Shown here in pieces: positions 1 through 7,979 of a stretch of DNA of 64,000 bases. Both the position numbers and the translations under genes were made by a program. Under the pieces are notes generated by a model. That model worked only from the letters and a program-made list of their open reading frames with translations, searched no databases and was not told the DNA's origin. This stretch comes from a virus, in the IMG/VR virus record IMGVR_UViG_3300007513_000005. One strand, 5' to 3'. Position 1 is the first letter of the stretch. The number at the start of each line of letters is the position of its first letter.

Positions 1-232
1 TTAGTTTTTGTCCCATAAACTTTACATATGCAACAATTTTTTCATGTGCCCAGTCCTTCATAGAACCGATTGTATTAACAACAGTGTCTTTAATACCTTT
101 GCCTTTACTAACCGCCCAATCGATGAAACCTTCATCTAATTGACAAAAGTGATGTTCAAAGAACAACTCAAATTCACGCTCATAATTGGCAGCTGCTTGA
201 TAATTTCTCCAATTTTCCATTATCAACTTCAT
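1..232 (-). CDS. Partial hypothetical protein with shared N-terminal leader (runs off window)
   Basis: Manual translation MKLIMENWRNYQAAANYEREFELFFEHHFCQLDEGFIDW... is open to base 1; ATG abuts the stop of 233..661. Not in ORF track. Confidence 0.8.
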   Translation of the reverse strand, partial: MKLIMENWRNYQAAANYEREFELFFEHHFCQLDEGFIDWAVSKGKGIKDTVVNTIGSMKDWAHEKIVAYVKFMGQKL

Positions 233-661
233 TTATAAACTCCTTAACAGGTCATTAAGTGCCGCAACTGCTTTTTCGTACTTCTCTCCAGACATATCGC
301 CGCCCATTTGAGCGTCCATTTGCTTTAAGGCATTATACATCTTCTCTACTCTTTGTTTTGAAGGAGCAGAAGAGAACTTTTGCTGATCATCAAACGCTTC
401 TGGGTACATTTGTTTGATTTTTTCAATATTATCGACAAACTTGTCTAACGGTACAACCTGGCCAGGTCGCTTTTCATCATAAATTTTAGAAAACCTTTCA
501 TAATCTTCCAAGGATAGTCCAAGTGATTCTAATTTTTCGATGTATCCTGGAAACTTTGAATCATACATCCTTTTATTCATACCACTAGCAATGTCAAGTG
601 CTTTTGGGTCGATGTCTGCTTCTTTTACAAAATTTTGCCACTTTTCTAAAATTAACTTCAT
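233..661 (-). CDS. Hypothetical protein with shared N-terminal leader (putative virion-internal)
   Basis: Starts MKLILEKWQNFVKE; translationally coupled to neighbours. Confidence 0.7.
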   Translation of the reverse strand: MKLILEKWQNFVKEADIDPKALDIASGMNKRMYDSKFPGYIEKLESLGLSLEDYERFSKIYDEKRPGQVVPLDKFVDNIEKIKQMYPEAFDDQQKFSSAPSKQRVEKMYNALKQMDAQMGGDMSGEKYEKAVAALNDLLRSL

Positions 662-990
662 TAATACTTCCTCGCTAACCCTTCTTCTATAAGTAGATTG
701 TTAATATTAACTTCGTCAATGAATATTTCACCTAAAACACGTCCAAATTTACCAACACCGTGAGATTTTAAAGTAAAAACGCCTTTTGAGGCGTCAAATA
801 GCGTCTCCAAGCGACTTTTTGCCTTAATCCCTGCCCGTTTCTCCTTTAGGTCTCTTGTTCGCGTCTCAGGGGCGTTAATTCCCAAAAATCTTATTCTTTT
901 TCGGACACTTACCTTGAACCCAAGATCAATTTCGGCGTCAATTGTGTCACCATCAATAATTTTTATTAATTTTGCTCTATATTCGTACAT
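661..990 (-). CDS. Thermonuclease (SNase-like)
   Basis: IIDGDT, IRFLGINAPE, KFGRVLG, LIEEGLA motifs of the staphylococcal nuclease fold. Confidence 0.9.
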   Translation of the reverse strand: MYEYRAKLIKIIDGDTIDAEIDLGFKVSVRKRIRFLGINAPETRTRDLKEKRAGIKAKSRLETLFDASKGVFTLKSHGVGKFGRVLGEIFIDEVNINNLLIEEGLARKY

Positions 991-991
991 T

Positions 992-1765
992 TTAACCGAT
1001 ATTTATCTTAACATCACCGCTGGACATCAACTTATCGTATGATAAGGTCTTCAGAGTGGATAGGATCTCTAAAAGTCCGTTATTTCTCAAGATTTTGAAC
1101 GCCAAATTCTCTGCAGAGTAGATTCCTTCCTTGGAAAGACCACTTTGGCGCATAATTTTGATCTTTCCTTTCAGTTTTTCAGATAGACCATACACTAGTC
1201 GGTACTTCTTCTTACCAAACAGACCTTGAAGGGTTTCAATTTCATTATTTATTGAGTCGGCCTTCTTTTCAGCTGCCAGAATGTCTAGTTTTGCCTTTCG
1301 TTTAACTGGTTTCTGGATCCAAGACCCCATCATAACTGAATAAATGCCCAAAGCCTCGTGTGGTTCATTAGTTTGTTGAAAATAGATCTCAACTTCGTGA
1401 TCGTTAATCATAATGTCGTGATTCTTGTTCCACAGTGTCTTTTGGGAGTCTAAATATTTCTTAACTAGTCCAACATTCTTATCTACCTTGCTAAAGTCAA
1501 GTAAGATATGGAGGTCTATGTCAGACAAAGTGTGCCAATTATAGGTAGCAATTGATCCAGTTATGATTATATCGTCGATGAAATCGTAAATTTCAAGATT
1601 CTTAGCAACATCTTCAGCAATTGCTAGCAACCTGCGCCTAACTTTAAGGTCAAGATCCCTTCGAAACCAAAACTTAGGGTGTAGTCCCTTTTGAATTTTC
1701 AATCCCGAGGTGTTTAATTCACTTTCTTCTAGGAATTTTCTCCAATTCTTGGTAAAACTATTCAT
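992..1765 (-). CDS. Pol-beta superfamily nucleotidyltransferase with shared N-terminal leader
   Basis: GS...SDIDLH catalytic motif (ITGSIATYNWHTLSDIDLHILLD) and downstream EVEIY; starts MNSFTKNWRKFLEE. Confidence 0.8.
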   Translation of the reverse strand: MNSFTKNWRKFLEESELNTSGLKIQKGLHPKFWFRRDLDLKVRRRLLAIAEDVAKNLEIYDFIDDIIITGSIATYNWHTLSDIDLHILLDFSKVDKNVGLVKKYLDSQKTLWNKNHDIMINDHEVEIYFQQTNEPHEALGIYSVMMGSWIQKPVKRKAKLDILAAEKKADSINNEIETLQGLFGKKKYRLVYGLSEKLKGKIKIMRQSGLSKEGIYSAENLAFKILRNNGLLEILSTLKTLSYDKLMSSGDVKINIG

Positions 1766-2192
1766 TTTCTATCACCATTCGTGCTATTTTTTCAAATTTG
1801 GAAAGGTTTTCCATCTCTAGTGGGTCTCGCCATTCATATTCTGAATGTTCTCTGCTTAAAATTATGTTTCCTTGTTCGTATTTGCCTTTAAAGAAGTGTA
1901 GTCGTCCAACTTTTGTAAAAAGAGTTGCTCTAAACACCTTCAATCCAGTCTCTTCTTCAACTTCTCGTTGCATTCCATCAAACAATTTCTCCCCGACGTG
2001 AACATGTCCACCTGGCAAGTCCCATTCTCCCGCAAACTTGTTCATATAATCGGTCCTCTTGAGAAACAGTACCTTGTTTTCGCTGTTAACTAAAACAATC
2101 TTTACTACTGTAGAAGAGTCTTGTGGATCTTGTGGTTGTTGTGCGTCTCTTTCAGACAAATAATTTCTCCATGTTTCTAATAATAACTTCAT
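1758..2192 (-). CDS. Nudix hydrolase with shared N-terminal leader
   Basis: Nudix box GGHVHVGEKLFDGMQREVEEETGL; starts MKLLLETWRNYLSE. Confidence 0.9.
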   Translation of the reverse strand: MKLLLETWRNYLSERDAQQPQDPQDSSTVVKIVLVNSENKVLFLKRTDYMNKFAGEWDLPGGHVHVGEKLFDGMQREVEEETGLKVFRATLFTKVGRLHFFKGKYEQGNIILSREHSEYEWRDPLEMENLSKFEKIARMVIENE

Positions 2193-2515
2193 ATAGCGTA
2201 ATTAGTCAGTTCGTTCTCTATATTGTCTGTAATATGATACCCTTCTACCCATAAAGAACAAATTGGTCCACTATTTGGGTTGATTTGTTTAATAATCTCC
2301 ATCCCATCCCCTGGACATTCAACCAAAACGACCATAATTGCATCAAAGTTTGCATCTGCTCGGTCAAAGTACAAACCAATATCCAAAAGAAAATCAATGT
2401 ACTTGTTTGGGTTGTGAATAACAACAACAGAATCTGTACGATAGTTGAGACCAACATAATGTTCTATTAATCTTTCAAGAGTCACATCCTCACAAGCATG
2501 GTTTATATGTTTCAT
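2189..2515 (-). CDS. Hypothetical protein
   Basis: 108-aa ORF overlapping both neighbours by 4 nt. Confidence 0.65.
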   Translation of the reverse strand: MKHINHACEDVTLERLIEHYVGLNYRTDSVVVIHNPNKYIDFLLDIGLYFDRADANFDAIMVVLVECPGDGMEIIKQINPNSGPICSLWVEGYHITDNIENELTNYAI

Positions 2516-2991
2516 TTTGAGTGTTTATCCGCTATAGTTTGTCCTGCCCAGGCATTTGGTTTAAGTTTGCAATCCAATCCAAACCCTATCACATAACCTT
2601 TTAGCATTTCTGAAAACCTTGACGTACCATTGTTTGCTTGAAATGGAGAAACATCCAAATGTAGTTCAATGTTTTCAGGATCAATTAGACATTCTGACAT
2701 CAAAATTTCTGCTATTTCGACAGATCTTCTAGTTTCTTCTGTAATTCTGGTGACAAGCTGGAGGAAATGTCTTGATTTTAGATTTTCTCTAAAGAAAAAA
2801 TACCTACCTCCCATGCTAGATCCATGTAAGCATATGGTAGAAGCAAAACATACTTTGTCTTGAGTGATGAAAGAATCAGATCCGATATAGATTCTTGCGC
2901 CTCTCTCAACATAATCTAATACAATTTCTTTTATTTTTTCAAAGTTGATTGAGTGACTTGATCCAGTGTGCCAATTCTTATCTTCTAGCAT
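2512..2991 (-). CDS. RNase H-like protein (YkuK/DUF458 type)
   Basis: IYIGSDS, GGRYFF, RITEETRRSVEIA, ELHLDV pattern. Confidence 0.75.
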   Translation of the reverse strand: MLEDKNWHTGSSHSINFEKIKEIVLDYVERGARIYIGSDSFITQDKVCFASTICLHGSSMGGRYFFFRENLKSRHFLQLVTRITEETRRSVEIAEILMSECLIDPENIELHLDVSPFQANNGTSRFSEMLKGYVIGFGLDCKLKPNAWAGQTIADKHSK

Positions 2992-3178
2992 TGAACCTGT
3001 CCCTCCTCTTCTTTAAATAGAGGGTACCTTTCGCTTGATTACCTTTAGAATTTATTTCTATATCATAATGGAAAGGATTATCTTTCTTCTTTTCTTCAGA
3101 AAGGACATGATTCATGGTAAGAAGTACAGAAATTATGCTAATGACTGATCCAATAATCATTCCTAATGCTATATCCAT
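2978..3178 (-). CDS. Small membrane-anchored protein
   Basis: N-terminal hydrophobic helix; sigma70 promoter ends 6 nt before the ATG. Confidence 0.65.
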   Translation of the reverse strand: MDIALGMIIGSVISIISVLLTMNHVLSEEKKKDNPFHYDIEINSKGNQAKGTLYLKKRRDRFNARR

Positions 3179-3184
3179 GATAAT

Positions 3185-3213
3185 AGTGTAGCATAATTTC
3201 TAAGTTAAGTCAA
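3185..3213 (-). promoter_or_regulatory. sigma70-type promoter, leaderless transcript
   Basis: TTGACT-17 nt-TACACT, 6 nt before ATG 3178, no SD. Confidence 0.65.
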
Positions 3214-3230
3214 ATATATTTTGACGATTC

Positions 3231-3458
3231 TCACGTAAACATGTAGAGATCCATCTGAATTTTCTTAAGATCAGCATCAGGAGCGAGTTTTTGAATCAGT
3301 CCCAGTGCACTTTTGACATCACCATTCATGAGGTGGGTTAAGAGTCCATTGTATCCCTCTTGTCCTGGACTAAGTTCAGGAGATTCAACACCCGCTTTTT
3401 GTAGAGTTTGAAGCAACTGGCGAATTTCTGGTTTGCTTAGTTTTCTTGTTTTCTTCTC
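3231..3458 (-). CDS. Open frame lacking a good start; possible frameshifted C-terminal extension of 3437..4120
   Basis: -1 frame open from 3458 (EKKTRKLSKPEIRQLLQTLQKAG...); TTG at 3416 has no SD. Confidence 0.5.
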   Translation of the reverse strand, partial: EKKTRKLSKPEIRQLLQTLQKAGVESPELSPGQEGYNGLLTHLMNGDVKSALGLIQKLAPDADLKKIQMDLYMFT

Positions 3459-4120
3459 TCATCCAAAGATGCTTCAGCAACTGCTGGTTCTTCTGCATCT
3501 GCAGCACTTTTCCGTGCAGTTGTTTTCAATCTTGACAAAAGTCCCTGCAATTGCTCTGCGTCGATACCAAGCTTTTGCATCATAGACAGTAGAAAATCAA
3601 CTTTTTGCTGGTCAGGTGCCTTGGCAAGCTTTTTGGTAGCCAATCCAATTGCTCTATCTACTGCGGGGTTTTCCATTTTCTTCTGTGCTGCTCCCGCTGC
3701 ACCGCGAAGTCTCTGTTGTGCGAGATTGGTTTCACCCGCACCAAGGTTTTCCATAATCTTTTGCTTAATTTTTTCTTTTAATACTTCTTGTAAGTTCATT
3801 TCTTCTCCTCCTGAATCTATATTTTTTAGCATTTGTATTAATTGTTCTTCTGCTTCATCAAAACTGTTGGCGAAAACCTCACCATCGAGTAAATATTGTC
3901 CATCTCCATCACCAAAATCATTGTACGCAAGCACTTTGTCGCCTGGTAATGTTACTGGGTTGCCGTTTGTTGCATCGTCGACCATCGCGACGACTCTATC
4001 ATGCAGTTCGTCAAAACCCTCTGGATCGTCAGCGCCTGGGTCTGCAAAACCAGGATCATCTGTTGGTCCTCTGAATCTCTCATCCATATTCTTTTTAAAA
4101 TTTTCTATTAATAGTTTCAT
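3437..4120 (-). CDS. Acidic hypothetical protein with shared N-terminal leader
   Basis: Starts MKLLIENFKKNMDE; internal in-frame GGAGGAGAAGAA-ATG (MNLQEVLKE). Confidence 0.7.
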   Translation of the reverse strand: MKLLIENFKKNMDERFRGPTDDPGFADPGADDPEGFDELHDRVVAMVDDATNGNPVTLPGDKVLAYNDFGDGDGQYLLDGEVFANSFDEAEEQLIQMLKNIDSGGEEMNLQEVLKEKIKQKIMENLGAGETNLAQQRLRGAAGAAQKKMENPAVDRAIGLATKKLAKAPDQQKVDFLLSMMQKLGIDAEQLQGLLSRLKTTARKSAADAEEPAVAEASLDERRKQEN

Positions 4121-4122
4121 AT

Positions 4123-4881
4123 TTAATTCCCCTTATTTAAGATATCAGATATAGAAATAACCTTTTTAGACATAGGTTGATCTCCCTGTAAGATATCTCT
4201 TATTTGATTAAACTCTTCTTGTGATACTGTACCAGCATCTTTTGCGACTTTTAGATCCCTAATAAATTGAGATTGAGATTCGGCAGGATCCTTTTCTTGC
4301 ATAAGATCTGAACCAATACCACCTAAACTATTGATTGCTGCCATCCTAGTGTCGCCAGTTGTAAACTTCTGAGTGCCTGCTATCTTTTTAGGTTTTTGCC
4401 TCTTTTTTATCTTAGATATAGTCTTCGCAACAGCATCTTCCGCAGTATCAAAAGTTATATCTTTTGGTATTTCACTGTTTAAACTATTTTCAATACTATT
4501 AGTAACAATATCTATCATCTCATTTTCATCTTTATCAGGAACCGTTTTGGATAAAATGGAAATTTGCTTGGCAACATCCTGCACATCATTATCAAAATCA
4601 TAGAAATGAACGTCAAGACCTAAATCATCTTTAATGTCTTTTTGGTTTAGGACTTTTACAATTCTTTGTGCGGCAACGTCCTGAGATATAGGTTTTGCTT
4701 CTGCTTTGCCCGCCATACCACCAAGAGCAGCTCCGCCTGCTAAGACATAAGGGAGTAATCGATCCATAATACCTTCATCGAGATCTTCAGACTCTAGAAA
4801 CATAATTAATTCATTTTCTATCTGTTTCTTTACGTCCTCAGTTAAGAGATGATTTCTCCAATTTTGCATTGCAGATTTCAT
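4123..4881 (-). CDS. Hypothetical protein with shared leader and Gly/Ala hydrophobic segment
   Basis: Starts MKSAMQNWRNHLLTE; LDEGIMDRLLPYVLAGGAALGG segment. Confidence 0.7.
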   Translation of the reverse strand: MKSAMQNWRNHLLTEDVKKQIENELIMFLESEDLDEGIMDRLLPYVLAGGAALGGMAGKAEAKPISQDVAAQRIVKVLNQKDIKDDLGLDVHFYDFDNDVQDVAKQISILSKTVPDKDENEMIDIVTNSIENSLNSEIPKDITFDTAEDAVAKTISKIKKRQKPKKIAGTQKFTTGDTRMAAINSLGGIGSDLMQEKDPAESQSQFIRDLKVAKDAGTVSQEEFNQIRDILQGDQPMSKKVISISDILNKGN

Positions 4882-4883
4882 AA

Positions 4884-5141
4884 TTAAACTCCTATGTCCT
4901 CTAAACTTGTACCCTTAGACTGTAGGTATTGTTCCAATTTCTGTAGCATTCGAGGATCATCGATATGTATTAGATCGCTAAACTCCTCTTCAGGACTACC
5001 CTCGTACTCTTCATCAGGAATATCGGCAGTGTTCCGAAGACCGAGGGCATTTCTCACTTGATCCAAGACTTGCCTGTTCATGTGTTCTTGTCGACCTGTC
5101 TCACTAACAAACCCTCGCCAATTTTCCATTATCAACTTCAT
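4884..5141 (-). CDS. Hypothetical protein with shared N-terminal leader
   Basis: Start revised to 5141 (MKLIMENWRGFVSE); first 24 nt identical to the gene starting at 232. Confidence 0.75.
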   Translation of the reverse strand: MKLIMENWRGFVSETGRQEHMNRQVLDQVRNALGLRNTADIPDEEYEGSPEEEFSDLIHIDDPRMLQKLEQYLQSKGTSLEDIGV

Positions 5142-5146
5142 CTTGC

Positions 5147-5221
5147 TTATTCCTTGTGGCAATCACACGGGCAGCAGCACGGCGCACAACAGCAGCATTT
5201 ACAATCTTTATTCTTACTCAT
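5147..5221 (-). CDS. Metallothionein-like Cys-rich mini-peptide (24 aa, 10 Cys)
   Basis: MSKNKDCKCCCCAPCCCPCDCHKE*; GGAGG 8 nt upstream of ATG; ACTATTTA motif 27 nt upstream; not in ORF track. Confidence 0.75.
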   Translation of the reverse strand: MSKNKDCKCCCCAPCCCPCDCHKE

Positions 5222-5258
5222 TATTACATCCTCCATAACATTACTCAATAAATAGTAT

Positions 5259-6119
5259 TTACTTCTCGTATATTGACATATATCTTTCACCTCGATCACA
5301 GAGCATTGTGATCACAGCACCAATTGGTTGATTTTCAGTTATCCACCGCTCTGCTGCGATGACATTTGCCCCAGAACTTATACCTACCAACAATCCTTTC
5401 TCCTTCGCGAGTCTCTTTGCTCGCTCGATAGCATCTTGAGTTTTTACTTCAATAATCTCATGCATGTCCTTTTCTTTTGCCAGGAACTCTTTACCATCAG
5501 CAATTCCCTGAATTCCGTGTGGAGATTCTGATGGTTTTACCATACACACTCTTGTTGTTAGTTTGTGATATTTGAGATATCTCCTGACTCCCTCAATCGT
5601 ACCTCCAGTACCAGATCCATGTATAAAGGCTTCCCACGGTCTTTTTAAGTTAACAACCTGTTTGTGTATTTCGGGTGCAGTAGTAGAAAAATGACATTCT
5701 ATGTTCCTTCTGTTGCTAAACTGCAAGGGCGACCAAGCATTTGGGTTAGCAGATAAGAAAGCGTCTCTCATAGAGATAGCACCAGCAAAATCATCATCAG
5801 GCGCATCGATAATCTTTGCGCCATAGATTTGCATCATTTGCTTTCTTTCTTTAGACATGTTTCTAGGCATGAATATAACACAAGAAAGATTTAAGTGAGC
5901 AGCTGCCATACTTAAAGCAATACCAGTATTACCACTAGTGGCATCACAAAGAATAGTGCCTTCTTTGATTTCACCATACAATTGTGCTTTTTGTACAACA
6001 TAAGAAATCATCCTATCCTTTACAGACCCTGCAGGATTGAATGTTTCTAATTTTGCGTATAAGTGGTTTGATATCTTGACAAGTGGAGTATTACCGATCA
6101 GATGATTAAGTTTTCTCAT
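5259..6119 (-). CDS. cysK: Cysteine synthase (PLP-dependent O-acetylserine sulfhydrylase)
   Basis: IGNTPLV, KLETFNPAGSVKDR (PLP Lys), ATSGNTGIAL, GSGTGGT, GIQGI, GISSGA; start revised to MRKLNH at 6119. Confidence 0.92.
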   Translation of the reverse strand: MRKLNHLIGNTPLVKISNHLYAKLETFNPAGSVKDRMISYVVQKAQLYGEIKEGTILCDATSGNTGIALSMAAAHLNLSCVIFMPRNMSKERKQMMQIYGAKIIDAPDDDFAGAISMRDAFLSANPNAWSPLQFSNRRNIECHFSTTAPEIHKQVVNLKRPWEAFIHGSGTGGTIEGVRRYLKYHKLTTRVCMVKPSESPHGIQGIADGKEFLAKEKDMHEIIEVKTQDAIERAKRLAKEKGLLVGISSGANVIAAERWITENQPIGAVITMLCDRGERYMSIYEK

Positions 6120-6188
6120 TTCAGTGTAATTATAACATACTTTAGAAAGAAATAAGGTATAATTACTACAAACGAAAGGAGTATTAAA

Positions 6189-6698
6189 ATGCCAAAATTT
6201 TACGGACAAAACAAAAAAAGAATTAACCCCCGTTATTTTCTTAACGAAACAATGGACATCACAAGAATGGATACACTACAAGACTCAGGAGAACTAGAGA
6301 GCGCCTTAGTATCAATTAGTTTGAATGATCTACTCGATATTGTAGAACCCTACTTGGAGGACGACGAAAGACAAAGAATATCTCAGACTCGACAAGAAGA
6401 TCTACAAGCAGTTGTAATAGATATAGTTAAAATGATGCCAAATGCAGAAGGTGAAGAGATTTACGACCTTGTTGTTGCCTCTGGAAGTAAGATTGACGAA
6501 GGAATGCTTTCACAGATGATGGGCGGCGCCTTTGTTGAAGAAGGAGACGAACTAATGATAGATGGTTACGAAGTAGAAGTAACTGATGTTATCGAACCAG
6601 GTCAAACAATTGAAGTTGCCTTCCTAGACACTAAAGATGGCCTAGATCAGGCAACTGCCCTATGGAACGGGTCTGAGTGGGAACTCAATAGAATCTAA
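6189..6698 (+). CDS. Acidic hypothetical protein (only credible plus-strand gene)
   Basis: GAAAGGAG SD; GGTATAATTAC upstream; N-terminal KKRINPRYFLNE. Confidence 0.75.
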   Translation: MPKFYGQNKKRINPRYFLNETMDITRMDTLQDSGELESALVSISLNDLLDIVEPYLEDDERQRISQTRQEDLQAVVIDIVKMMPNAEGEEIYDLVVASGSKIDEGMLSQMMGGAFVEEGDELMIDGYEVEVTDVIEPGQTIEVAFLDTKDGLDQATALWNGSEWELNRI

Positions 6699-7114
6699 AG
6701 TTTATTAACAAGATGTATCATAATTTCAGCAGGACCTTCGAAATATAAGGTCCCCTTGTCTTCTTTGAGTTGAACAACCATTGTTGGTAAGGCTTTAATA
6801 TCCATTATCCCTGCAAGTTCCTGAACCCACTTATCTTCAAGATTAAGAAAATGAACTTTATCAATCCACCCTCTTTCCTTTAACTTTTCCTTAAGGTGGA
6901 CACATCCGCCACACATATCATCTGAAAAAACAATATAGTGGGTCTTGTCATCCTGTTTTACAAGTTGTCTTAGAGTTGCTTCATCGATATAAGCACCACC
7001 TTTTCGAACCTCAACGACACCATAGTACTCTGCGGTTAATTCAGCATTCCTCACATGGTTAGTACCAGTACAAGACATTAACAAACAAACTAAAATGAAA
7101 ATAAAACCTTTCAT
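6695..7114 (-). CDS. Lipoprotein with thioredoxin-like CxxC domain
   Basis: Lipobox LLMS-C; CGGC and downstream ALPT cis-Pro-like motif. Confidence 0.7.
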   Translation of the reverse strand: MKGFIFILVCLLMSCTGTNHVRNAELTAEYYGVVEVRKGGAYIDEATLRQLVKQDDKTHYIVFSDDMCGGCVHLKEKLKERGWIDKVHFLNLEDKWVQELAGIMDIKALPTMVVQLKEDKGTLYFEGPAEIMIHLVNKL

Positions 7115-7272
7115 CTAACAACCCTCCGTTTCTTTTTGAGTTTCTTTTCTAAAACTTTAACTTTAACTTCTAAGTCATCGATGCGATTTGTAAGTGAATA
7201 ATAGGTTGATCCCAGTCCGATACTAAGAGTAACGATCGTTATTAAGGTACCGAGACTAATCTTAAGGTTCAT
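7111..7272 (-). CDS. Small TM plus coiled-coil protein (53 aa)
   Basis: MNLKISLGTLITIVTLSIGLGSTYYSLTNRIDDLEVKVKVLEKKLKKKRRVVR*; TGA overlaps the next ATG; not in track. Confidence 0.7.
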   Translation of the reverse strand: MNLKISLGTLITIVTLSIGLGSTYYSLTNRIDDLEVKVKVLEKKLKKKRRVVR

Positions 7273-7320
7273 ATAGTATGTATATTGCCGCGCAGCGAAT
7301 CCGCGATTTTTGCGGAATTT

Positions 7321-7515
7321 TTATTTACAATTGCATGGGGATATCCTACATTTACCACAAATTGTGATATATTCCTTATCCATAAGATCATCAATCTTTT
7401 CCATTACCTCATGAAAATGCTCCTTATCAATAACATTGCTATATTCAAGAAGGTTCTTTGCAGCTTCCCAAGGAAGCAAAGTTTTTTTATCAAGTTCTAC
7501 GCAAATTATACACAT
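7321..7515 (-). CDS. Small Cys-rich putative Zn-binding protein
   Basis: CIIC at N-terminus, CGKC...CNC at C-terminus. Confidence 0.6.
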   Translation of the reverse strand: MCIICVELDKKTLLPWEAAKNLLEYSNVIDKEHFHEVMEKIDDLMDKEYITICGKCRISPCNCK

Positions 7516-7548
7516 GTTAAATCTCCAATTTTTTTTGACGGAATTTTT

Positions 7549-7893
7549 TCACAACTCCGTTCCGCCCTTAGCACCAGGTAAAACCTTTTCTATCCGAAGA
7601 CTATACAATGCCGTATTCGGCACAATTAGTTTACGATCGGTCTCTATAAGGTGAAACACTGTTTTAGTCGGGGTTTGTCGGACAATCCTCGCCTTTTTAT
7701 CGCCGTTAATATATACTATATCATCTACGTCGAAATCATTTCCAAACATAAACAATAAACCGTCTAATACATTAGAAACGACGTTCTTAAATAGTAGTAT
7801 AGCGAATGCTGCGAGAAACATCCAGCCATAATGTCCTAGTATATCAGTAATGATTGTTTCGGTAGTTTCGATTATTTGTTGTGGATTATCCAT
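7549..7893 (-). CDS. Mini MscS-like membrane protein (TM plus beta domain)
   Basis: TM helix followed by VSNVLDGLLFMFGNDFDVDDIVYING...ARIVR, resembling MscS TM3/middle-beta region. Confidence 0.6.
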   Translation of the reverse strand: MDNPQQIIETTETIITDILGHYGWMFLAAFAILLFKNVVSNVLDGLLFMFGNDFDVDDIVYINGDKKARIVRQTPTKTVFHLIETDRKLIVPNTALYSLRIEKVLPGAKGGTEL

Positions 7894-7903
7894 GTGCGCG
7901 CCC

Positions 7904-7936
7904 CCTCGTGGCGATTGGTGCCACGAGGTAACTAGT
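7904..7936 (-). promoter_or_regulatory. Candidate late promoter ACTAGTTA plus 9-bp hairpin hiding the SD
   Basis: ACTAGTTA-CCTCGTGGC-ACCAATC-GCCACGAGG; GAGG SD lies in the 3' arm. Confidence 0.65.
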
Positions 7937-7979
7937 GCTTAAGTCTGAGGAATTTTATTTTTGTGGTTTTTTTGTTGAG

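Noticed and set aside
3621-4154. 177-aa plus-strand ORF
   Set aside because: Antisense shadow of 3437..4120; Ser/Phe-rich composition, no SD.
5247-5256. AATAAATA as a T4-type TATAAATA late promoter
   Set aside because: It is on the antisense strand relative to the genes; the sense reading ACTATTTA fits the recurring motif instead.
6120-6209. 30-aa N-terminal extension of CysK in the ORF track
   Set aside because: Overlaps the divergent promoters and the plus-strand gene; homology begins at MRKLNH (6119).
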